In this document: piece by piece, positions 12,691 to 25,800 of the stretch
Layout: each line of letters opens with the position of its first letter
Position numbering within the stretch: the first letter of the stretch is position 1
Source of the DNA: Octopus vulgaris
Lineage: Eukaryota
Direction of reading: 5' to 3'
Assembly (NCBI GenBank): GCA_951406725.2
Contig: OX597816.1
Span: 136,028,001 to 136,092,000, forward strand
DNA: 64,000 nucleotides
The notes under the pieces: model-generated
Seen by the model: the letters and a program-made list of their open reading frames with translations, nothing else
Told to the model about the DNA's origin: nothing
The model's database searches: none
Translations under genes and position numbers: made by a program

Positions 12691-13399
12691 CAAAATATTA
12701 ACAACACAGAGTTAACTGCTGATTTGTCTTTATTGATCAGATGAGCCCCCTTCAACGAATTCAAAGAATGGAATGGCATTCATAACTTTCTGTGCAGCGT
12801 TAACTAAGTAGGTGAAATAACTACAATTAAGAACTGAACAAAAGTAACAGACCAGAATTCACCAGCTGCCGGCATTGCAATGCTCATCATATTAACCTGA
12901 TTGCACTATTTTCAATATCTTTCATATCGGTGCTTTATCTCTATATTCCTAGTTTTTGAAGTTTCAAGTACTATTTATAGGTGCATCTATCATGGTAGTT
13001 ATTATGATTCATCCTTAATTGTGACTAACCATAGTTGCATAAAATGTAAAGGAAGTGATATCAAGATGACTATGTTCCACTGACAATATCTAATAAGACC
13101 AAAACATAGCCAGAACTGTCACCATGCCCTGTTAACAATGATCAAATTTTCCTCTAAACATGAAAATTAGATGTAACAGGATCATTAACTCAAATTTCTG
13201 TAAAGCATTTTCTACATACATCCCCCAATCCTATGAGAAACTAGAGATTTTGATGAAATGCAATTACATCAATATAAAAATCATAAAACTATTATCACTG
13301 CATGAATTTAGATGAAATTTAATGATAGGATGTAATGATTACTGGTGCACGTAGTGAATGTGGTTTTTACTAGTAGCTATTAATCTTTACTTGTCATGT

Positions 13400-15320
13400 C
13401 ACTCAGTTGAATACAGATGGGTTGATTGTACGTAGGTGTTCTTACTTATATTTACAAGATAGAAATTCCTGGGTATTGTTTTCCTATCTCAGAGGTGAAT
13501 TTGTGTTCCAGTAGTCTTTGTAACTTTGAGTGAGAAAGCAATCTCCAAGAAAGCAATTGTTCAATCCTGTAGAGAAATCGGCACACAGCCTAATCTTATT
13601 ATTTTTCTTTTTAAAGCACACTGTGGGTGCCACTCACTTAGAGCAATCCACCTTTTTGATGATTCCATTCTTTTCCAGTCTGTCCAACTTTTCTGTTAGA
13701 TTTAAATACAGGTACAGCATTTTCACTTACTTAAAAGCAGGCTTTAGTCTTTTTACATAGACCTAAGTCCTCCAACTGTACTTGAGGAAACATCTTTTTC
13801 AATTTTCTCTTCAATTCCTCAAATGATTTATTTTTAACGGAACAACCATTTATGTTTTTGCAGTAGAGACTTATGGGAAGGTGCCATAAATCAAATAACT
13901 CCATCTAATCTATACCAAACAAACTGATTGTATTCTCCACAATGAATATTTTTGCTTTGCGTGTTTCTCCTCAAAATGTGACATCTGCACACATTTCACC
14001 CATGAAATGTAATTTATTGCCCATCTTGCCACACATAATTTTCACTGTTTTAAATAATCTCTGTTTCCAGATTTTTTTCTGTGTATCCATATTTATTTAC
14101 ACCATTTATTTTTATGTGTGCAAATTTTCTTGTTTTTTGTGTCATATTCACTTTCTGTTGAAAACACCTTAGAACTGTTTACATTCAACCCTCATAATCT
14201 TGTAGTGCAGTGTGAGCTCTTATGACCCAGTTTCTGAAAACTATAGCATTTTCAATTTATAAATGGACACTCTTTTCTGAAGTGTAGGCCTCCACATCTA
14301 CAACATGGATTGGGCCTGGAACTCTCTGATTGTACTTTCCAAGTTGACACATCTGTATTCTTGTGGAATCTTTCTCTCGAATTTTTTCACGTCATGCTTC
14401 AGATTTACCATTGTTTGACATTCTTCTGCAATGGTCTGTAGAGTTAAGCCTTGGTTCGCCTGTTCCATTTTGGGGAGAATCCTTGCCCGAATTTCTCTAT
14501 CTTCAGTTGCCATAAGGCCTTGCACAAAGATAAGGGATTTAAACATATCCTGAGTGAATTCCTGAAGTTTAAAGTACAGCATATGTAATAAAGTCATCAT
14601 TAACATTTTTTGTTAAGTTCCAACATTCCATTCAAGTGTTAAATAACGAACTTTTGTCACAAAAGATCTTTGAGAATAATTCAATAGTTTCTTGGAAACA
14701 AATCTCACTTGACTTTTTGGACAACATAAAGTTACAGTAGCATCCATGCTTGGCCGGAGCTAACTTGCATAGTCATAGCCTCACTTTCTCCTCATCCGAC
14801 CATGGCTTGCAATTTTTGTTAAAAATTTCCTTGTATCTTCTATAGTATGCAGGAAATGTAATACCCCACTCTGGATTATAAGTAAATTCAGAAATCAAGT
14901 TCACCATGCCATCTGGCACAAACGAACTTACTGAATTTTTGGATTTCCTTGACTGTAACTCAATTAACTGCTGTTGTTGTAATATTTGCTTCAGTAACTC
15001 CAGTAGTTGTTCTTGTTGCTTCTCTTGAATCCATTTTTGATGCACAAATTGCCAAATAACCTATGTGAGCTTTGAAAAATCCTCATCGCCAAGTGTTATA
15101 TTCTTATGCCTCCAATATCGTAGTATGGTTGATAGAAACAGTGGCAGTAACAAACACTTAACGAACCAACAATCAATATTTCCAACACACTAACTCAAAC
15201 TGTAAACTGAACCTGGACTTTGAAGACCAAACTACAAATTGCTGACAACGTCAGACCACTACTATTTATATGTAGTGGTCTTATCTATTCTTGTCAGAGG
15301 GTGTTGTACTCTTGCCACAA
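13400..15320 (-). mobile_element. Decayed, internally deleted Ty3/Gypsy LTR retrotransposon (K02A2.6/Mag-like)
   Basis: LTR end ...ATAACA followed by PBS-like TGGCGATGAGG (about 15081-15091). Gag fragments ISEFTYNPEWGITFPAYYRRY...EEKVRL and FKSLIFVQGL...REIRARIL. RT start LDRLEKNGIIKKVDCSK*VAPTVCFKKKNNKIRLCADFSTGLNN. Confidence 0.85.
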
Positions 15321-17093
15321 AACAGAAAGAGATTCAAAGAGATAAAGGAGGTGGTTATTTGGATATCATTTAACTTTCTTCACAGTTTTCTTGCAGGTGT
15401 AGTAGTAATAATGAGTGAACACATCTCAGCTGATGGTGACAACAAATTTCTCCAGGGGTTGTATCACTGAAAGTGAAGTTTGTGAGGTTTGAAGTTGTGA
15501 AAGACATACTGAGGATGATGGTATCAGTCATCCACTTAGCTATCTCGGATAGATTAAGGCAATTAGTGTAGAATTTTCATAAATTTGGTCAATCACAATG
15601 TTTGACAAGCATAGGCAGATTTGATCAGGAGTGATCAAATAATCTTATGAGACAGATATTGTGTTGACAGATTAATAGTGGGTTTACTTTTGGAATCAGC
15701 ATGTCATTGAGAGATATGGATAGGTGAAGGGATTAGCTAGTGCAGATAATTCCCTAGTACTTGTGTGATAGTAATGATAGAATCAAGATAGGATAAATGT
15801 CCTAAATGAAAGATAAGAAATAGTTGAATAATTGTCAGAGGTTGTTTGGAGATTGATAGAGACAGCAAATGCATTTGAAAATGGGGAAGACATATCACGA
15901 GTCAGAGTACTGGAGTTTTTGTTACAGACATTCAGCTCTGAGAAGATTTTATGCAGTTACAGACACCATATTTCGGAATGATATTGTAATACATTGTGTG
16001 GTCTGGACAATAAGAAGAAATGGATTAGGGATAGAAAATGGGGAGATCTGTTGGAAACAAAAGTTTCTTGACCCTATAAAAGGCAGATCACATGAGGCAT
16101 ATGTAAGTCAGCTGCTATAGTATAGAAGTCAAATAAGGACAATTAATGTAGTGGGTTCTCAGTAATTAGAAATAAGTCAAAAGTGCAATTCAAAAGAAAG
16201 GCTGTATGAAAGATTGAAAGAAAGGCTGCATAACTGACTGACAGATCTCCACTAGTCTTCTCAGATTGTACTGCCCATAATTAATTGTATACAAAACACA
16301 CACACAAAAAAAAAATGCCAACACATATATCTCACTAACTTGCCTTCATATCAACACCAATGTCAAGGCTTCTCACTAACATGCCTTCGTCTCAACACCA
16401 ATGTCAAAGCTTAACAAACAGGCCTCTTGAGTATTTGAAAATACTTCTCATACAGCCATTCATGGAATCAAAATAGAGGAGTTATCTATAAGAAAATCCA
16501 TCAGGAAACCAAAGAATATTTAGGAGCAAGTGAGTTCGATTAAATTAATCTTAACTTATCATGGCATTAAATGATAAGGTCATAACACACTTGTTTGAGA
16601 AGAATGTCTATTTGTAGGTTTTGTTCAATAGAGAATTCGAACTCAATACCACAAGATAGAACAGTTGAGCCTCTGTGCGGTCACTCAGCCTGCTAGAACT
16701 AGACAGGAAGTCTTCCACAAACTATATCCCACTGTCTTAAAACAGAAAGGATATATTGGATATTGCATAAGATACACTGTTTGATAAAAAAAAAATGACA
16801 AGGAAGTCATGGTTGGAATGCTTTTGATTCAAGGCTTGTTGCTTATCCAAAGATGGCCAAGAGTTACACTATAAGAACAACAATTGTTGAGTCTCACACA
16901 TAAAAACTACAGGATGAAACTACAGTGAAATATGCTGTGTTACAAACTTGTTCAAACAGTAGCAACATGTAAAAATAGACAATGTGATGATGAGAATAGC
17001 AATAGATAAACATTAGATGTAAGTTTTGTCTGTAATGTTTGATAAATTTAAATGCATCTATTTAAGGGAGGAAATTTAGATTTAAAGCATAGC

Positions 17094-17150
<57 letters not shown>

Positions 17151-18431
17151 TGCGTGCACGCGCACATGTTACGTTGAAGATGGGTGGGGGTGAAACAATG
17201 TTATATAAAACTTTCCGTGCTCCAGCATGGCCACAGTCAAAATGATTGAAACAAGTAAAACAGTAAAAGAGTAACAAACTAAATTTCACTGAGAAAAGTA
17301 ACACTTATGTCTAAATACACCAATCTTACTAATTATTTATTTGTACATCAAAGTGCCTTCCCAATACCCACTTTTTTTTTAATCCTAGTCTGAGAGTTCT
17401 CAACCCTTTTTATCTATGAACCCTTTGATTACTATCTTATTCTGGTGGACCCCCATAACCATTTGATGTTTAAAAACTAGTTTTATAGAAACTTCTTTCA
17501 AAATTCCTATTTTGTCTTTCACACATTAACTTAGGGTAGGCTGAACTATGTAAAATGTTAGAGAAAGAAGCCAAGCTGTTTCTTGCAAAACATACCAATA
17601 CATACATCCAAAGTAAAGTTTTTTCAGGGACCCTAAAAATACCAATTTACTACTTTGCTGTGTAGACACCCCTCTGTCTTATTCTGATCCATTATTCAAG
17701 AATTTGAGATAACAGGTTTGTGTATTTTTAAGAGCAGATAGTTTTATACTGATTCCTGAACCAATCCATGTACTTTAGCATAAAGCCTTGAAGCATAAAG
17801 AGTGCTTTAACTGAAAGTAGTCAGTAGCATGAAGTGACTAATTTTCAGTTGGAAAATCTCTTCGTTCACAGTATGTAGGAATGTATTAGGCAGAACTTCA
17901 ACAGTGTGTAATCAGTTAATCAATGAGTTCATAAATAATGGGTTCATCAAATCACCAGCTGTTAGATATATATATATATATATATATATATACAGGTGTA
18001 AGCATGGCTGTGGGCAGCTTGTTTTGCAACCACATAATTTCAGATTCAGTCCCACTGTACAACATCTTGGGAAAGTGTCTTCTACTACAGCCCCAGGTCA
18101 ACCAAAGCCTTGGGAGAGAATTTGATAGCTGGAAAGTGTGTAAGTCCATCGTATATATATATATATGTATGTGTGTATATGTGTGTCTGTGTGAAAGAGA
18201 GAGAGAGAGAGTGTGTGTAAGTGTGTCTGCTTGACAACTAGTGTTGGTATGTTTACAGCTCTGTAACTTAGTGGTTCGGCAAAAATGACCAATAGAATAA
18301 GTACCAGATTTAAAAATAAGTATGAGGGTCAATTTTTTGACTAAACCTATTCAGGTAGTGCCCCAGCTTGGCCACAGTCCAATCACTGGAAACAAGTAAA
18401 AGGTAAAAGACACAATACAGTTCTATATTTT

Positions 18432-18917
18432 AGAGATGAGGAATTATGTACATTATTTACATTTGACAGATATTTGTCCTCATCTTGTTTGTTGTTAACA
18501 CAACATTTCAGCTGATATACCCTCCAGCCTTCATCAGGTGTCTTGGGGAAATTTTGAACCTGGGTTCTCCTTCCTAAGGTATTTTTTTGATGTTATTATC
18601 ATTATTATTATTCAGGTCACTGCCTGGAATCGATCTCAGAATCTTAGGGTTAGTAGCCTGGGCTCTTATCCACTATGCCGGGCATATGGCATAGTGGTTA
18701 AGAGCACAGGCTACTCACCCCAAGATTCTGAGTTCGATTCCAGGCAGTGACCTGAATAATAATAATGATAATAACATTGAAAAATACCTTAGGAATGAGA
18801 ACCCAGGTTCGAAATTTCTCTAAGAAACCTGATGAAGGCTGGAGGGTATATCAGCCGAAACGTTGTGCTAACAACAAACAAAATGAGGACAAATATCCAT
18901 CAAATGTAAATAATGTA
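18432..18917. mobile_element. Foldback element: two divergent copies of a tRNA-headed SINE carrying a hammerhead motif
   Basis: About 230-bp inverted arms (18449-18679 and 18688-18917). A box TGGCATAGTGG, B box GAGTTCGATTCC. HHR motifs at 18497-18542(-) and 18824-18869(+). Confidence 0.85.
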
Positions 18918-19552
18918 AGAGACACAATGTTAAAAATAAGAAAAAGGTGCTTACGTAGGTTTTTGTAGACAAGGGAATAATCTCAATAACAAATATACTT
19001 ATTACAAAAACTGATTGAGTTTTATTTTAGGTCAAAGTTTTGTAACTCAATCATGATCCACAGTACCAGGATTATCTCAAAGATAATGTGTGTGTGTGTG
19101 TGTGTGAGAAAAAATCTTCTGTCAAAGATGACACATGAGTGCTTGGTTTCTGCTGAATGACTTGCACAAATGGTTTTGTTTATAGTGACCAAATATATGT
19201 GCTGTACATTAGCTTACTTCTTCCATCGAATCAGTGTTGCCTGAACAGGTGCACAGTGTACCACATGTCAGGCATCAAAGTGATCACATGGCAACGTAAG
19301 ATGAAGGGTTTTACTAAAAAAACACAATGCACCATCTGGTCTAGTAATTGAAACCAGGATCTCACAATTGTGAGCGCAACACCCTAACCACTGGGGCACA
19401 TATATATATATATATATATATATATGACATTACATATATTTCTATATTAGAGTAAATTTGGCTTACAGTTGTTTCAAGTAGTCAGTATAGGTATGTTACT
19501 GGTAGCTTTACTCAATTGGTCTATTGATCAGTTGAGAAAAATTGAACGACCT

Positions 19553-19662
19553 AAAAAAATTAATGCTACTTTCATCAGAATCATTTCTGATAATAACAAA
19601 GCAGTGTGTTCTGCTTTGTTATAACCAGAAATGGCTCAGATGAAAGTAGCATTAATTTTTTT
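19553..19662. repeat. Inverted repeat / hairpin (about 52-bp arms)
   Basis: aaaaaaattaatgctactttcatcagaatcatttctgataataacaaagcag pairs with ctgctttgttataaccagaaatggctcagatgaaagtagcattaatttttt. Confidence 0.85.
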
Positions 19663-19978
19663 AGATTTTTACACAGTCAAATGTACTCTAATAAAGAAAA
19701 ACATGTAATCACCATTATTTATAACTTGTCTTATATATATCACTGTATGAAAACCAGTTTGACCGGAGCCCAATCACAGATTTACAATACAGAATTGTAG
19801 TGATGAACCATAAATTCAGATGCTGCAATAAGAATACTTGGAGTTCGTCACTAATCTAAACAATATTGTTAGTCTAGTATACCAACAGAGAGCTTATGAA
19901 GTATTTTACCTGGTTTGATAATCACTACTAGCTCTGTTATACATGCACACACAATATACATATATACACATATATAAG

Positions 19979-20430
19979 AATGGTAGTCTTAATGTGGATA
20001 TATTATAAGAGTGCCATATTACTGCAGTATTTGACCTAAGAAAGTTTCTCATATAGATGTTTAGTGCACAGAAGCACAAAGACACCAGTACCAGGCAAGA
20101 ACTGTCCAGCACTGGCAGTGGAATTGCTGCATCCTAAGATCTTGATGTGTTTTGCACTTCATCAGCAGCAGGTATCCACTAATTGCATGTTAGCCAAAAT
20201 CTCCCTTCCATCAATATTTACGGAGAAAAACGACAACTATTCAGTCACTGGTGTTGCTATCAGCAGGCAGGCAGGGGAAAAAAATTAGATATTAGCAATG
20301 AAGACAGTATTATTACTGAATGGCAGTCTTTGGATCCAACTTAATGTGGATGTATTATAAGAGTGCTGTAATATTGCAGCATTCATCCTGAGAAAGTCTC
20401 TTGTATAGACACTTAGTGCATAGAAGCACA
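19979..20430 (-). mobile_element. Terminally redundant (352-bp period) retrozyme-like element with degenerate hammerhead
   Basis: About 100-bp direct repeats at 19979-20078 and 20320-20430; TGCTG-CTGATGA...CAGCA at 20125-20170(-); homologous to 34371-34744. Confidence 0.55.
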
Positions 20431-20783
20431 TATTTGCACGTATAGTAAAATATATGGATGCAAATTATACAATACGGTCGTCTAATTGCAGTACTGTTTG
20501 CAATGAAATGAGGTTAAGAAAGCCTGGGAGAAAGTGATGTGGTTAGGTCTAAGCAAAGTCAGGAAGTACAAGATTAATGGGTACATTATAGTTTTAGAAT
20601 AAGTACACTGTATCCCTGCTTGTTGTAAAAAGTGACTAAAAGGGTTGGAACTGAGAAATGCATTTGCTCATAAGATATTGCCTTGAAGTCTCGTCCACCT
20701 AAAATCCATGATGATGATGATGATATATATATAAGCTGTTGCATAGACAAACCTAATTCATTTAAGCAGCATACAATATGGAC

Positions 20784-20815
<32 letters not shown>

Positions 20816-21331
20816 CCTTTCTACTATAAGCCTGAAATTTGGGGAAGGGGGATAGTTGATTACATTGAACTCCAGTACTCAACTGGTACTATTTTATTGA
20901 CACCAAAAGGATGAAAGGCAAAGTCAACCTTGGTGGAATTTGAACTCAGAACATGAAGACACACGATATACCATTAAGCACTTTGCTCAGCGTGCTAACG
21001 ATTCTCCCAGCTCGCCACCTTCATAATAATAACAACAACAATACAGATAATTGTAGTATTGTCTTGATGTAAATCATATTTAACAGAGGAACTCAAAGTA
21101 AATAAAGATAGAAACAATGGTTTCAAATTCTGGCACAAGGCCAAGAATTTTGGGGAAGGTGGGTAAGTTGATTATACCAACCCCAGTGTTCAACTGGTAC
21201 TTATTTTATGAACCTCAAAAGGATGAAAGGCATAGTTGACCTCAGCTGAATTTGAACTCAGAGCATAAAGATGGTCAAAAGGCTGCTAAGCATTTTGCCT
21301 GGCATGCTTATGATTCTGCCAGCTCACCATG

Positions 21332-21560
21332 TTAACCCTCTAGCATTTAAACTAGCCATATCTGGCCCCGAATTTTTCATCTGTTTTATGTTCAAACTGG
21401 CCATATTTAGCCTCTCACACCTACCTAACAATGTCATTGTAAAAATAAACAATCACATCATTGAAATCTCAAAGCCACAAGATAATACATGATTAAATTC
21501 AAAACAATGCAATACATCAGCATTACATTCGACAGAGTAATCTGAATGCTAAAGGGTTAA
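21332..21560 (-). mobile_element. piggyBac-type MITE family P1
   Basis: TTAA-CCCTCTAGCATT...AATGCTAAAGGG-TTAA. Confidence 0.85.
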
Positions 21561-22748
21561 ATAAAGATATAGACAATAACATGCCCCAACATGGCTGCAG
21601 TCTAATGACTGAAATGAGCAAACAATTACAATTTACCAGCTAAACATTGAAACTGATCTCCATTGTCTAGATACATCTACATGTCAAAACATTTTAAAAT
21701 GAACAGTAAACATATGGTTGGTTACTTGCCAGTTGACAATAAGCTAAAAGCTATGTTTTATTTAAAAGTTCTAAATTTTTAATGAAGAATGTACTATAAA
21801 ACAGTTGTTAAATGTTTAAAATAGTTGTCCTCATATAGATTTCACATTGGTCCTGGTACAAGAAGGAAAGAAATTATGTTGAAGGCTGTCTGTAACTCTA
21901 TATTTGCAAAGTATTACTTAACAATATTGTAATGGAAAATTTTTGAGAAACTAAGAAGAAAAAACAAATATCTGCCATTTTATTTCCTGGTTGAATAGTC
22001 AGTTTCAAATAATGTCCTAATCTAAACAAACATCTAAGTCATGCTAATATGGAAAAATAAAAATGCAAAAAAATAGATTAAATTTTCAGTGCAGATATAT
22101 AATTTTTTCATTGGGTCAATCAAAGCTTTGTGAGTGGATTTGGTAGATGAAAACTGAAAAAAGCCCATCGTGTGTGTGTGCACGCATGCACACGCGTGTG
22201 TGCTTGTCCCACACACACACACACGTAATTGCTTGACAAGCAATGTTGGTGTGTTTACGTCCCTGTAACTAGCAGTTCAGCAAAAGATACCAATAGAATA
22301 AGTACTAGGCTTACAAAGACTAAGTCCTAGGGTCAATTTGTTTGACTAAAGGCAGTGCTCCTGCATGGCCATAGTCAAACGACTGGAACAAGTATAAAAA
22401 AAAAAGTTTAATGAAAGCATTGAGTACTTTATTTTCCCAGCTCCAGCAATAACAAATCAAGAATAAAGAATGAACCTGCAGAAAATAAATATTGGTTTTA
22501 AATTTTGGCACAGGGCCAGCAATTTCAGGGAGCAGGTAAGTCAATTACAACAACCCCAGTGCTCAACTGGTACTTATGTTATTGACCTTGAAAGAATGAA
22601 AGGCAAAGTCAACCTCAACGTAATTTGAATTCAGAATGTAAAGACTGATGAAATACTGCTAAGCATTTTTCCTGATGCACTATCGATTCTGCCAGCTTGT
22701 TGCCTCACAAAAGAATAAATATTAATTACAAGAAGCAGAAGTACTTAC

Positions 22749-22890
22749 TAATCTTTTTTCCATGTCTGTGCCAGAGCCCTGGATGCTTAAATCTAGCTTT
22801 TTTGCTGTGTTCATGCATGCTGATCGCACTTGTTCAACTCTTTTTTCAACACTAAGTAAATCCTCAGAAAGAACCTCGGATTTTTCTGCT
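22749..22890 (-). CDS. ARHGAP17/ARHGAP44: RICH-family BAR-RhoGAP, coding exon (R/AEKSEVLSEDLLSVEKRVEQVRSACMNTAKKLDLSIQGSGTDMEKRL)
   Basis: ttttacAG acceptor and TTA|gtaagt donor; 142 nt, phase 2 to 0. Contains the diagnostic RAEKTEVLSEDL-like motif. All four exons join in one open frame. Confidence 0.93.
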
Positions 22891-25800
22891 CTGTAAAATA
22901 AAAAGAAACAAAAAGGTAATCAGATTTAAATTTCAAAATTCATTTCATCAAAATTAACCAAAACAAATGTAATTATTGAAATTTTAAAACACAATTATCA
23001 TTGTCATCATTTTTTGATGTTCATTTTCCATGCTGGTATAGCTTAGACAGTTTGACAGGATCCAGTGAGCTGCAGAACTGCACTGAGCTCCAATATCAGC
23101 TCTGGCATGATTTCTATGGCTGGATGCCCTTTCTAGTGTCAATCACTTTTCAGTGTGTATTAGGTGCATTTTTCATGTAGTAAGCACAAGTGAAGTTACT
23201 AAGTAACTTGCAAGACAAAAAAAAAACAGGAAGAAGCGAAAAAGAAAAAGCTCCCTCAACTAAATGCAGTGCAGGTTAAATACTCCCATCACATTTAGTA
23301 GAGGGAAAGGAGGGGCGATGGTTCTATACCAGGTGTTGAGAGATTAAAGTGTGATAGAGAGTCAAGCCTAGGTGTCTTGTAACAGAGGAGATACAAGGAT
23401 ACCCTGGAAGAAAAAAATTAAATGTATAAATGGGGGGGGGAGTACTCTGATATCCATGTAGGCTGTGGTAAAATGAATTGATTAATCCAGTTACCTAAAA
23501 TGTTGTTTTGCAAGTAACTTTATTATATGCAAAAATAACTGTAAAAAAAAAAAAAAGAAAGACAACAATCGGCTAGCTATCATTGAACTGCAATGGAATC
23601 TTGTTTTGTGTTTTGAAGTATTAAATCCCTTTGACCCAATGACTAAATAAAATCCATCCTTTGCCTTCATCCTTTAGCATTCAGATTATTCTGTCAAATG
23701 TAATGCTTGTTTATTCACATTGTCTTGAATTAATCATGCATTGTAGCTTTGAGATTTCGATGATGTGATTATTTATCTTTAGAATGATACTGTAGGGGTT
23801 TGAGAGGCCAGATCTGACCAGTTTGAACATAAAAATGGATAGAAGATATGGTTGGTTTAACTGCTAAATGGATACACATGTATCGATCAGCTGCATCTAT
23901 TACCATTGTGCTATGAAATATCAAATCTACTTTTAATCAATGAACTAAATATATCCTCACTTAGAAAACTCAAATGAACATGCAAAAATATAAAATATGT
24001 AACTTCTTTTCTAATTATCAGAAAAAATATCCAATCTGACACACAACACACCAATGTAAAATATAATTTTCTGGATTAAAATTTGCTGATTTCTCATTGG
24101 TCACTAAATGAACCTTTCTAACTTTTCCATCATTGACAAAGATTTACCCAGTGATATAGCTTGCTGGTCTTCTACTCTAAGCTGTCACTCTACAATATTT
24201 ATTCTTAAACTGATGAAAGCACCCTCCTTCCAATCAGAGCATTGTCATTAATAACTCCTAAACTTTCCATTTATAACGGTTTTTTTTACATATATTTTGG
24301 TCTTAAATTTAATCTATTTAATATTACATACCACAACACAGAATATTAAGTTTTCTGATCAATAGAGAATCCTACAAATGTTATGGGTTTTGTTATAGTT
24401 TTTTTTTAATCTTATAACCACCAGCAAAGTGACAAGCTGGCACAATCGTTGGCACATCAGACAAAATGCTTAGAGGTATTTTGTCAGTCTTTACGCTCTA
24501 AGTTCAAATTCCTCCAAAGTCAACCTTACCATTAATCCACTCAGGGTCAATAAAAAAAGTACCAGTTGAACAATGGGGTTGATGTATTCAACTTACTCCC
24601 CCCCCAAAACTGCTGGCCTTGTGCCAAGATTTTAAACTAATCTTATAATCAAGAGGATAGGTAATGCTCATCACCTTTTATGGAGCTTCCAAGATAAGTA
24701 GGAGGGAGAGATAAAGGTATCCTCATACCAAAGATCTGATCCAAATGCTTGCAGCAGAATGAATCCCAATAAAGTCACTGAAGGTGCCAAGCAGAGGTAT
24801 TAAACTGGATGTCAAATTATATCTATCACCAAGTAAGCCATGGTGGGATTTGAACAAATACTGCCAGATATCTTGTCCAAATGGTCTTTCAATTCTGCCA
24901 ATCCACAACCCTAGATTGGTGATTTTTTTTATCGATTCCAATAGGATGAAAGGCAAAGCTGAGCTCAGCAAATTTGAACTTAGAGTGTATAGATACGAAT
25001 CAAATACCACAGGGACATTCTATCCAGTATTGTAATGACTTAATCAATCAATTCCCTTGAAGGCTAAAAATATGAGGAATGTCTTCAGTTGCACTTGAAA
25101 ATAAATCTTGATCAAATCAAATATAAATCACGCATACATCTCACTAATAATCAAAATAGGCTGAATTTCTGTGTTAAGTTGACAACATCCCAAATAATCA
25201 AGATAGCTGTCTTTGGAGGTGTGTGCATGCATGCATGTGTGTGTGTGTGTGTGTGTGTGTGAGTATATACACAGATGTTTCAGTTGAATGTTACACTTCA
25301 CATGGCCAAACACTTCAAGTTGAAATGTGCAATACAGTTCCAGAAGAGATGGCAGCATGACATAGCCAGATGGCAACATTCATTCCATGGGTCAACAGAG
25401 CTGATTTCCATAACAAACAACATCAACAACCTCTTTAAAAGTCAACACCAGTTGAAATGAGCAAAGTGGTTGCAGCTGTGAGAGAGAGAGAGAAAAAAAA
25501 CTATATTTTATGATTCAAGAACTTACAGTGATGACAACTCAATATGGTTTGGCAGAAACAGGAGGAAGATAAAACAAAAGAGAAGGGAAGGAGAGAGAGT
25601 ATAAAAGCGAGAAAAAGAAGAGAAAATAAAGAATTAGTTATCTTCATAACCTTATATAAAATAGCAAGAATAACAAAACACAACTAACTCTTCTTATGTC
25701 TGAAATTGTACTATACCTACACATAGGTATTCTAAACATTGTAAGACAATCATGTTGGTGTCACATATCTGGCACCCATGCTAGTAGTATATAAAAGATA

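Noticed and set aside
18680-18752. tRNA gene
   Set aside because: A and B boxes are present but the acceptor stem does not pair and it is fused to repeat sequence. It is a SINE head, like those of families A, B and D.
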